Positions 48,515-55,989 of a stretch of DNA of 55,989 nt are shown here, piece by piece. A program made the translations under genes and the position numbers. The notes beneath the pieces are model-generated. The model worked only from the letters and a program-made list of their open reading frames with translations, was not told the origin of the DNA and made no database searches. Position 1 is the first letter of the stretch. Every line of letters begins with the position of its first letter. Origin of the DNA: a virus (lineage: Duplodnaviria > Caudoviricetes); IMG/VR virus record IMGVR_UViG_3300022752_000086, positions 1-55,989 of that record. The stretch is one strand, 5' to 3'.

Positions 48515-50197
48515 ATGGCACGTAACAACTACACAATACGTTCTAAACCAGTAGAAGAAAATGATCTTGTTTTAGCAAGAACAGATTCTTTCTATTTTTT
48601 AGAGTTTGTAGAATACGCTAAAGATATATTTGATTCAACAAAAATAAAATCAAAGCCTAGTGTAATTTTTTACACAGAAGATGCAATAAATAAAGTGATT
48701 TTAGATTATTCGTTAGCAAGTCCAGAAGATAAATTATTTTTAAAGACATTTTTTGCTAAAATGAGTGTGGATGAAGCTTTTAGTTTAAATGGTGGTCAAT
48801 ATTTAGATGATACAATTGCTGTAGATGCAGATATTTCTTCTTCTTTAAAATTTAAGAAATTTTCAGAAGATTTGGTATTTGCTGAAGTAGTATCTTCCAC
48901 TAATAAAGATGCAAATGTAGACCAATACATTTTAAATTATTTTATTAATACACCACAACTAAGCAAAGCTTCGTCTTTACAAGAATCTACTGATACAAAA
49001 ATTAAAGCACTAATATCTCGTAATCCAAAATACACAGCAAAACCTTTATTATATTTGGGATATCAACCAGGAGATATTATAGAAATAATATCACCTTCAT
49101 CTCAAAATAATACTAAAAAATTCATTGTATCCGATGCAGCATTTATCAACGATAAAGAAGTTATTTATTTGGAAAATGCAAATGATATGGTGGAAGAAAA
49201 TCTTACAGGAAAGATAGTATTAATTAATCTGTATATTAATAGTAAAGTGTCTATTACTGATCAAGCCATTTTAGATAATTCTAATACAGAATTGGGATGT
49301 GCTGTAGACTCTGCTAATGGAATTAGATTACCGTATCAAACACAAAAACAAGCAGCTATTAGAGGCAGTAATTACGTTTGGGTTGCTGGAAGTTGTACAG
49401 ACACAACAACCAATTTAAACCAAAGTATTACCACATCTCTTACTTCAGTAGATGCTCAATACGCAGCACAGGCACAAGAAATTTTTGATTCCAATGTTGC
49501 GTTTTTAAAGAATTCTCTTAATGTAACGAACAGTGATGCATTAAGTGCTTTTTTTAAAAAAAAAACTATAACGAATAGTACCAGTAATTTAATAAACGGA
49601 ACACTAGATACCGAATTTTTTACTGCAACTACTCCAGTTGATTTTACAGATCCTTTTGAACAATTTTTTGAACAAAATGTAATTAAATATTCTGTTCCTG
49701 TTGTATTGGACAGTAAAGTAAAATTACAAGCAACTACAGCATTTATTCCTGGTTCAATTTTACAGGATATAGCCGGTGTATCTGCCAGTAATTTAGTAAC
49801 AGTACAGACAGACACAAACATCTATAAAATATTAAATATTTCATATGAAGCAATTATTACAGACAATGATATTAAAGTAAGAACATTTGATGGAAATTTG
49901 TATAATCAAAATATACGTTTAAGTAAAAATATAATAACAACAATATACGAAACTAGTATGACTGGTAATGAATCAGAACGATTGGTATTTTCGTCTACTA
50001 AAGACACACTGACTCAAGTTTTGGATTTTGGCCAATACGGATACGCTTATGTTCAAATAGGAAGATATCACCTATTTATTCCAATAAAAGACGAAGTAAC
50101 TCCACTATATCTGTTCACTAATCCCACCAAAAAAACAAGTAATTCTTCAGTTGTGGGGGTGTACATTCCATCCGTAATTAAAAACTATTCCTATTAA
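48515..50197 (+). CDS. Hypothetical late protein, 560 aa
   Basis: Long ORF 1 nt after the previous stop; contains one degenerate Cys repeat (LGCAVD..YVWVAGSC). Confidence 0.6.
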   Translation: MARNNYTIRSKPVEENDLVLARTDSFYFLEFVEYAKDIFDSTKIKSKPSVIFYTEDAINKVILDYSLASPEDKLFLKTFFAKMSVDEAFSLNGGQYLDDTIAVDADISSSLKFKKFSEDLVFAEVVSSTNKDANVDQYILNYFINTPQLSKASSLQESTDTKIKALISRNPKYTAKPLLYLGYQPGDIIEIISPSSQNNTKKFIVSDAAFINDKEVIYLENANDMVEENLTGKIVLINLYINSKVSITDQAILDNSNTELGCAVDSANGIRLPYQTQKQAAIRGSNYVWVAGSCTDTTTNLNQSITTSLTSVDAQYAAQAQEIFDSNVAFLKNSLNVTNSDALSAFFKKKTITNSTSNLINGTLDTEFFTATTPVDFTDPFEQFFEQNVIKYSVPVVLDSKVKLQATTAFIPGSILQDIAGVSASNLVTVQTDTNIYKILNISYEAIITDNDIKVRTFDGNLYNQNIRLSKNIITTIYETSMTGNESERLVFSSTKDTLTQVLDFGQYGYAYVQIGRYHLFIPIKDEVTPLYLFTNPTKKTSNSSVVGVYIPSVIKNYSY

Positions 50198-50198
50198 T

Positions 50199-50206
50199 TA
50201 TAAATA
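50199..50206 (+). promoter_or_regulatory. T4-type late promoter TATAAATA
   Basis: Exact consensus in an 18-nt gap, 9 nt before the ATG at 50216. Confidence 0.65.
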
Positions 50207-50215
50207 AAAATAACA

Positions 50216-53200
50216 ATGGCATCATCATTTCCACAACCAGAAGAAACGTTTTTTAATAAACCTGTAAGAATTGATTTATCTAATGTTCCTTTTGGTAGAG
50301 AAATGAGTTTTTATATTGATACTAGAATATCTCAACCTAGAAAATATTTAAATAATTTTAGTGGTATAGGAAAAACTATACATCCCACTGAGAATGCAAG
50401 AGCTGTCAAAATAACTATACCTTTAAAATATCAAAATTATGGAAAATTTAGTACAGAGATATACTCATATTTTGATGATGGAACAGGAATTAGAGATGGT
50501 TCTCTTGCTCCACAATTTTTACAGTGTGTAAATGCTGTTGGTAGAGGAAGAGCTTCATACGCTGGCAATTTTAAAGGTCCATATATTAATGGTTATAGGA
50601 ATAATGGATGGATTGATCTAGGAAATAATACATTTACTTTTAATTCCTTAAAACAAACTACAGTAGACGATGATCTAGTGGATTTAGATAGAGAGTTTCT
50701 TCGTAAAAGAAATAGTAATTTTATATATTACATGATACAAGAAACAGATTTTATCTGGTTCTATAATGATATTGATAGTTCAATAAAACCAATGACATGG
50801 CTAGCTAATTCTTGGACCGGTGGTGTTTGGGAATCCCAAATAATCCCAGCCAAAGGAACTAAACCAGAAATTAAACCACTAGGATTTACTGAATTTAAAG
50901 TTAAAAATTTAAATACATTCTGGAGTGCATTTAGTCTAGTAAGAAGATATGTTAGCTGGGCTTATTTTATGATTCAAAATGTAGAAAATGTAAATCTTAG
51001 TAGAGGGTTTCCTGTTTCTATAGGTGATGATGTTTATGTTATGTTGGATCTTGAACATTTTTATAATGGATGGTGGAATGGACCACCAGAATTAGGATTT
51101 GGTAATGCTCCAGGCAAACCCAGATTTTTTGATACTACAACAGAAGAAGGAAAAATAGCAGAAAGCGCATATATTGATTCACTGGCTCAGGTGTTAGCAC
51201 ATGCTAAACAAATACTATTAAATCCCCGTGATTATATCTCTCAATTTATTAATTTAGAAGGAATTCCCGAATTTGTTTTAGAATTTTGGACAGATACTCC
51301 AACAAAAACATTCGTGGGACAATCAACTCCTACTATTAGTGAATTTGTAAATTTATGGACAGAATATATTGAAATGTTGCCATACAAATATAGATTTAAT
51401 TTTAAACTAGGTTGTTATTCAATACCTGATGTTTACGAGATGGATTTTGATAATTCTAAAGATGGTAATATTTCTGGTGGATGGTATGGTGAAGAGTTAG
51501 TTCCTACACCCGGTTCTCGTTCTGGAGTGGGAAAAGTATGGAATTTTTTAACTCAAGCATCTAGAGATAAATTGAATGATTTATATATTGAAAAATATAA
51601 ACGTTTATTAGATTTTTGTGATTTTTTATGTCCCCAAGTTTACATATACGAACCCACAAATCAATTTTGTGATTTTACTGGTGGTACTAATCCAGATATA
51701 CAATGGGATTTTTATCTAAAACAAGCAGGAAACAGAAATCAATTTGAGCAATTTACATACGATAATGTGAGACGAGCACATTTGTATAATAAAAAATATG
51801 GTTTTAATAAACCTATTCTGCCCATTTTAGCTTCTGTATATCCTAGTAGCTGGGAGTTTACAAATCTGTATAATACTTACGCAAAACGTGGTCCCTATAA
51901 TAAACAAAGACATGCAATTCCGGGCAATAATGACTTTATTACTGATAGATTTATTGATCTAGATACTCTTAAATCACAATTAAAAACCTGTTATGATGCT
52001 GTGGATAATCCATCATATATTAAAGGATTTTTCTGGTGGAATACAGGAATACCCAGATTAGTGGATAATTCTGGAGATTTAAATCCATTTATAGACGCTG
52101 ATCCATTTTCTACTGCAGATTTAAGTGGTGCAGACGAAAGTCGCAGAAGACGTAGAGTATATTCTCTGGATGTGGATCCAACCACACAAAATTCTATAGA
52201 AGATTTAGTAGATACTGGTCTTTCTTTTGATGAACGAGGAAATTATAAATGGACGCATCTTAGTCCTTGGAGTAATGTCAATTATAAAAAGCACAAAACA
52301 AAAGTAGTCAGAAAAGAATTAGATTTATTTGAAAAATTAAACGGTAGTGTTTTACAAACTAACAGAATTGGAACTATTCCAACTGAACAAGATCGTATTT
52401 TAATTATAAATCTATCCAATCTTGTTTTTGCAAGAGAAACTAATTTTAAATCTGATAATAGTTCGACTATAGTTCATCCAAAGGTGTATTCTGTAACTGG
52501 TGAGCTAAACAGTAAAACTGAATACGAAACTACTTACGGTAAATTTAGTTTGCATGCATCTTCACCTAATTATTCTGGTTATTTTTATTCGTGGATGCCT
52601 GAAAAATCACCAAAGACTGGACAAAAAATATACAATCCTAATTTATTATCTCTAGACAGACAGTATTTAAATAGTAAACAAAATAATATTATTTACTGTA
52701 TGATTGGTGATGCAGATCAAGAAATAGCGTATAATGATGTTACTGGCATTAAAATAGGAGATATTAAAAATCTGACTCCACAGCAATTAAAAAATTTAAA
52801 TCCATTTTGGTCTGCATTTTTAATTGCTAGACGCTATGTTAATTGGTGTTATGAAGTAATAACAAAGATAGAAAGCAAGAACACTGTAACATCAGGAAAT
52901 AGTCCTAAATCTATAGGTGATGTAATATATTTTGTATTAGCTCATGAAAAACTATTTCAACAATGGTGGTCTAGAGTACCAAAAACAGAAGAAATCGTAT
53001 ATAGTGAAGTATTAGCAGAAATTTTGGATGTTATCCGGGGACTTTTAACCACTCCTACAGGGGTTATAGGATTGAATGTTCCAATACCTTCGAATATAAA
53101 AGAGAAGTACATGAGTCATCCCAGTAAAACTGATTTTAATTTTATTGCAGAATGGGAAAAAATAATAGAACCTCTTCCCGCAAAATATAAAAATGTTAAG

Positions 53201-54130
53201 TTAGGAATTTACAACATTCTTGATGTTAGTCCAATTGATACTGATGGTAATCCCAATACTATTACTGCAGGATTTGATGGAGAAAAATACACCTTACCAG
53301 GAAATCCTATAGGATCTACCGGCCCTTGGAATAGTTTAACACCCAAAGCACGAGAAATTATTAATACTGCATTAGTGAATAAAAATGCAGTTCTTCTGGA
53401 TAAAGTAGATTTCTTGATTCCTAAAGTATACCCATTTGAACCCAATTCACATCCATTATCGTGTACCAAAATATATTCGTTCTATGAAAAAAACCAATGG
53501 TCTGGTTTAGATTTAATAGAACAGTACACTCAAGATTCTGTTATTAGAGCAGCACTATACAATAAACTGTATAATAAAACTCTACCTATATTCCCTATGC
53601 TTAACACAGCATACGAATACGATTCAAATGGTTCGCTGTATACCACATACTGTGGAAATTCTGGTTATGCGTTTGGTGGTGCGTGGTATCATACTTCTTC
53701 ATTAGGATTTCCAAACAGAGATCAGTACATATGGGGAAGACGGATAGAATTTGATATGCTTCAAGCACATATTAAAACATGCTATGATGCAATTTTCAAT
53801 GATCCCACACAGATAAAAGGATTTTTCTGGTGGAATAATGCTATACAAAAAGCAGTATCCCTTTCTAATAATTCTGATGTATACGTTTGGACTGCAGATG
53901 TAGATTCTCCCACATCTTATTATAGATACAGACGATACTATGCAGATGATTATGCTTGGAATTCAACCACAAGACAATACACAATCGGTGTATGGGATGA
54001 AGCAGCTTGGGGATTAAGTCTTGCAGATGACAAGAAAATTGTGGTAGTCACAAAAGATATACAAACTGTTAATAGTGTACGCGATATGCAGATTGTGTAC
54101 AGTACTGGATCTGCTGATATACAGCTATAA
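50216..54130 (+). CDS. 1304-aa protein of two tandem TIM-barrel glycoside-hydrolase-like domains
   Basis: Internal duplication (FWSAF..RRYV.W; LLD..DFL.P.VY..EP; P.L...Y; KTCYDA..IKGFFWWN twice). VMLDLE / DFLCPQVY / KPILP motif order recalls GH56-like barrels. Confidence 0.55.
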   Translation: MASSFPQPEETFFNKPVRIDLSNVPFGREMSFYIDTRISQPRKYLNNFSGIGKTIHPTENARAVKITIPLKYQNYGKFSTEIYSYFDDGTGIRDGSLAPQFLQCVNAVGRGRASYAGNFKGPYINGYRNNGWIDLGNNTFTFNSLKQTTVDDDLVDLDREFLRKRNSNFIYYMIQETDFIWFYNDIDSSIKPMTWLANSWTGGVWESQIIPAKGTKPEIKPLGFTEFKVKNLNTFWSAFSLVRRYVSWAYFMIQNVENVNLSRGFPVSIGDDVYVMLDLEHFYNGWWNGPPELGFGNAPGKPRFFDTTTEEGKIAESAYIDSLAQVLAHAKQILLNPRDYISQFINLEGIPEFVLEFWTDTPTKTFVGQSTPTISEFVNLWTEYIEMLPYKYRFNFKLGCYSIPDVYEMDFDNSKDGNISGGWYGEELVPTPGSRSGVGKVWNFLTQASRDKLNDLYIEKYKRLLDFCDFLCPQVYIYEPTNQFCDFTGGTNPDIQWDFYLKQAGNRNQFEQFTYDNVRRAHLYNKKYGFNKPILPILASVYPSSWEFTNLYNTYAKRGPYNKQRHAIPGNNDFITDRFIDLDTLKSQLKTCYDAVDNPSYIKGFFWWNTGIPRLVDNSGDLNPFIDADPFSTADLSGADESRRRRRVYSLDVDPTTQNSIEDLVDTGLSFDERGNYKWTHLSPWSNVNYKKHKTKVVRKELDLFEKLNGSVLQTNRIGTIPTEQDRILIINLSNLVFARETNFKSDNSSTIVHPKVYSVTGELNSKTEYETTYGKFSLHASSPNYSGYFYSWMPEKSPKTGQKIYNPNLLSLDRQYLNSKQNNIIYCMIGDADQEIAYNDVTGIKIGDIKNLTPQQLKNLNPFWSAFLIARRYVNWCYEVITKIESKNTVTSGNSPKSIGDVIYFVLAHEKLFQQWWSRVPKTEEIVYSEVLAEILDVIRGLLTTPTGVIGLNVPIPSNIKEKYMSHPSKTDFNFIAEWEKIIEPLPAKYKNVKLGIYNILDVSPIDTDGNPNTITAGFDGEKYTLPGNPIGSTGPWNSLTPKAREIINTALVNKNAVLLDKVDFLIPKVYPFEPNSHPLSCTKIYSFYEKNQWSGLDLIEQYTQDSVIRAALYNKLYNKTLPIFPMLNTAYEYDSNGSLYTTYCGNSGYAFGGAWYHTSSLGFPNRDQYIWGRRIEFDMLQAHIKTCYDAIFNDPTQIKGFFWWNNAIQKAVSLSNNSDVYVWTADVDSPTSYYRYRRYYADDYAWNSTTRQYTIGVWDEAAWGLSLADDKKIVVVTKDIQTVNSVRDMQIVYSTGSADIQL

Positions 54131-54189
54131 GTTCTTTATTAATATAATGCACCCTGGAGGGTACAAAGTATGTATGAGTTTTCCATTTT

Positions 54190-54197
54190 CATAAATA
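54190..54197 (+). promoter_or_regulatory. Near-consensus late promoter CATAAATA
   Basis: 7/8 match upstream of a GAGGTG Shine-Dalgarno and a small ORF. Confidence 0.45.
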
Positions 54198-54219
54198 ATG
54201 GAAGAAAGAGGTGAAACTT

Positions 54220-54327
54220 ATGAAACTAGTAAAATGGATTAAATCCAAAGTAAATGCTCTTCTAGTACAACTAGGCGTTAAATCTGCTCCTGTCTGCAAA
54301 AAGAAAACCTGCTGTAAAAAGAAATAA
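54220..54327 (+). CDS. Small basic peptide, 35 aa (MKLVKWIKSKVNALLVQLGVKSAPVCKKKTCCKKK)
   Basis: Below the ORF-track cutoff; strong GAGGTG Shine-Dalgarno, promoter-like motif upstream, hairpin downstream. Confidence 0.7.
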   Translation: MKLVKWIKSKVNALLVQLGVKSAPVCKKKTCCKKK

Positions 54328-54354
54328 GTAAAAGTAAAGACTGTTCAGTTAATG

Positions 54355-54395
54355 GAACAAAGGGCTCTCACCTGTGACGGTTGGAGCCCTTGTTC
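54355..54395. terminator. Long stem-loop between convergent transcription units (probable terminator)
   Basis: GAACAAAGGGCTC..GAGCCCTTGTTC arms (one bulge) with an inner ACC/GGT extension. Confidence 0.6.
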
Positions 54396-54396
54396 T

Positions 54397-54975
54397 TTAG
54401 AGAACTTTAGCACAGTAATCGTACATTACAATTCCAGATGCGGTTCCTACGTTTAGGCTCCGTACAGAACCGTATTGTGCAATGTAAACGGTATCGTTAG
54501 CAATTTCCAGTAATTCTTGTGGAACGCCTACCTGCTCCTGTCCAAAGATCATGACCACGTGCTTATCCTTGGGCCATGCATACGAGTCTAGACGAAGAGC
54601 ACCGGGGATGTTGTCTACAGCCACAAGGTGTAGATCCTGGCCTACTTCGTCTCTCAGAGCGTCCAGCGTCGTAGCCAGCCCTTCAAACGATCCAGCGTGT
54701 AGTAGGCGAACATAGTGATGAGTACCAACAGTGCCCCTACGATCATACTGCTTAGACCCGTAGACAACCACTTTCTTAGCCAGGAATGCATTACAGTTCC
54801 TAATGCAAGTAGCGATGTTAAAGTCGTTATAGAGATTGCTGCACAGAACAGAGAAATTATTCGTTCGTGAGTCAAGGTCTGCGAGAATCGCTTCATGCTT
54901 CCAGTAATGGTAGTGATCAATGATGTTTCGGGTTTCATTGCCAGTCCGGGAAGAAATTGGTGAAGTCAGGTCCAT
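54397..54975 (-). CDS. TrmH/SpoU-family (SPOUT) RNA 2'-O-methyltransferase
   Basis: NLYNDFNIATCIRNCNAF..MIFGQEQVGV..VYIAQYGSVRSLNVGTASGIVMYD are the SpoU motifs 1-3. Confidence 0.9.
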   Translation of the reverse strand: MDLTSPISSRTGNETRNIIDHYHYWKHEAILADLDSRTNNFSVLCSNLYNDFNIATCIRNCNAFLAKKVVVYGSKQYDRRGTVGTHHYVRLLHAGSFEGLATTLDALRDEVGQDLHLVAVDNIPGALRLDSYAWPKDKHVVMIFGQEQVGVPQELLEIANDTVYIAQYGSVRSLNVGTASGIVMYDYCAKVL

Positions 54976-55270
54976 CGTTGTTTCGCTTTTTTCGCTTCTT
55001 GTTTGGTCGTTGCAGATACTTGTAAAAATCTTTATCGTAATACTTAATGGTGAATCCGGGCCAACCTTCTTTATTTAAGGTTTGTGTTTCTAGCCGGATT
55101 CCGTGTTTTACTAGCCAAGCACCTAAATTATACTTTGCTTGTTTTACTGAACCTGGATACGTTTCTTTCTTAGGATTCCAATCACGATCATCCAGCTTAA
55201 GAAGAATACTAAATCCACAATCAATCAACTTTTTACCAAACCAAATTTTAAACTTATTAAACTTTTTCAT
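54935..55270 (-). CDS. Hypothetical basic protein, 111 aa
   Basis: Likely start MKKFNK just after the tRNA; weak internal repeat (FGKKLIDCGF / LGAWLVKHGI); overlaps the methyltransferase start by 41 nt. Confidence 0.5.
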   Translation of the reverse strand: MKKFNKFKIWFGKKLIDCGFSILLKLDDRDWNPKKETYPGSVKQAKYNLGAWLVKHGIRLETQTLNKEGWPGFTIKYYDKDFYKYLQRPNKKRKKRNNDGPDFTNFFPDWQ

Positions 55271-55272
55271 AA

Positions 55273-55343
55273 TGCGGGTAAAGGGAATCGAACCCTTGTC
55301 TACTGCTTGGAAGGCAGTCGTGCTACCATTATACCACACCCGC
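55273..55343 (-). tRNA. tRNA-Gly (anticodon TCC), CCA not encoded
   Basis: GCGGGTG TGGTATAATGGTAGCAC GACTGC CTTCCAA GCAGT AGAC AAGGG TTCGATT CCCTT TACCCGC A: acceptor, anticodon and T arms all pair. Confidence 0.93.
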
Positions 55344-55355
55344 GTGTTCTGTCAA
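55328..55355 (-). promoter_or_regulatory. Consensus sigma70 promoter overlapping the uvsE end and the tRNA
   Basis: TTGACA-N16-TATAAT with an extended -10 TGn. Confidence 0.6.
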
Positions 55356-55988
55356 GTACTTTTTTATGGCAAGATCCTTTGCCTTGGTTTCCAGCATGAC
55401 ATCATACAGCCTATCTGTGTTATATTCTGGAATAGGACCTTGGATGTAATCTGAATGGGCTTGAGGACGCTTGCCCGGAGCAGATTCCGAATAGTGAGTC
55501 TTGGGAATCTGGTCTTCCGGCCAAGTGGAAAACATCATGTCTATGGCCTCATCCACAGTCTCGGTTCCGCAGAAACGGTGATGATGGTAATCGTAAACCA
55601 GACGGACACCACAGCCAGCGTAAATGTTCTGGTACAGGTCTGTGGGAGACCACATAGACGCTTTGTCGTCGTTCTCGATAGTTAGCTGTTTTTGGAGTCC
55701 GGGATCCAAAAGTTTAAAGTTTTCACAGAATCTCTTGGCGGTATCGGCCTTCCCATCGTACACACCACCAACATGGATATTGATATTGAAATCGTCATCA
55801 TGACCAAGCAGATGGCCGATAAGCCAATGCATATTCAAACACTTGACCGACTTGTTTACAATCACCTTATCGGGGCTTGCAAGGCACGTATACGGCCCAG
55901 GATGGCACGACAGGCGAATACCGCCCAGTCGGGCAAGCTCGCCTGCTTCAACCAGTTCAAGCACGATATCAGTCTGATGCTCACGAGA
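55329..55988 (-). CDS. uvsE: UV-damage endonuclease UvsE/UvdE, 5' part outside the window
   Basis: RLSCHPGPYTCLASP..INIHVGGVY..LTIENDDK..VYDYHHH..PKTHYSES..AHSDYI..DVMLETKAKDLA; frame stays open to the window edge. Confidence 0.95.
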   Translation of the reverse strand, partial: SREHQTDIVLELVEAGELARLGGIRLSCHPGPYTCLASPDKVIVNKSVKCLNMHWLIGHLLGHDDDFNINIHVGGVYDGKADTAKRFCENFKLLDPGLQKQLTIENDDKASMWSPTDLYQNIYAGCGVRLVYDYHHHRFCGTETVDEAIDMMFSTWPEDQIPKTHYSESAPGKRPQAHSDYIQGPIPEYNTDRLYDVMLETKAKDLAIKKYLTEHAGVV

Positions 55989-55989
55989 C

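Noticed and set aside
55271-55339. N-terminal extension (MWYNGSTTAFQ..) of the 134-aa track ORF
   Set aside because: It is a translation of the tRNA gene; the probable start is the ATG at 55270.
3392-55685. Many 60-145 aa ORFs nested in or antisense to long genes
   Set aside because: All overlap well-supported CDSs and show no motifs or expression signals.
1-55989. CRISPR array or long non-coding RNA
   Set aside because: No regularly spaced DNA repeats were seen, and no intergenic gap exceeds about 90 nt.

Overview
This window is part of a large, AT-rich T4-like myovirus genome; it is not bacterial chromosome and not an eCIS. From 1 to 43 kb (minus strand) is a tightly packed tail/baseplate operon: gp48, gp53, hub, gp25, gp6, gp7-like, gp8, a DUF4815-like protein, two fibre proteins, then three paralogous collagen/Cys-rich fibre-like proteins (942 aa, 5041 aa and a >864 aa partial). 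Divergently follow gp4, gp54-like, gp26, gp51 and an ORF at the tape-measure position. After a terminator come gp32 and gp33, three late-promoter-driven ORFs (one a tandem TIM-barrel glycosidase-like protein) and a small basic peptide. The window ends with an accessory block of uvsE, tRNA-Gly(TCC), a hypothetical ORF and a TrmH/SpoU methyltransferase. Most notable observations: (1) the hub gene appears split around a Cys-rich module plus a 2247-aa RCC1 protein, with no recognisable gp5; (2) RCC1 repeats are grafted onto several tail components, including gp53; (3) a G-x-[T/S] motif pervades virion proteins and is a candidate modification sequon; (4) gp51 has no canonical start and is reachable by a -1 frameshift from gp26; (5) the uvsE stop, the tRNA 5' end and a perfect sigma70 promoter overlap. 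GACC and RCC1 repeats tentatively suggest a planctomycete host. All family calls come from motifs recognised by eye and from synteny; no searches were run.
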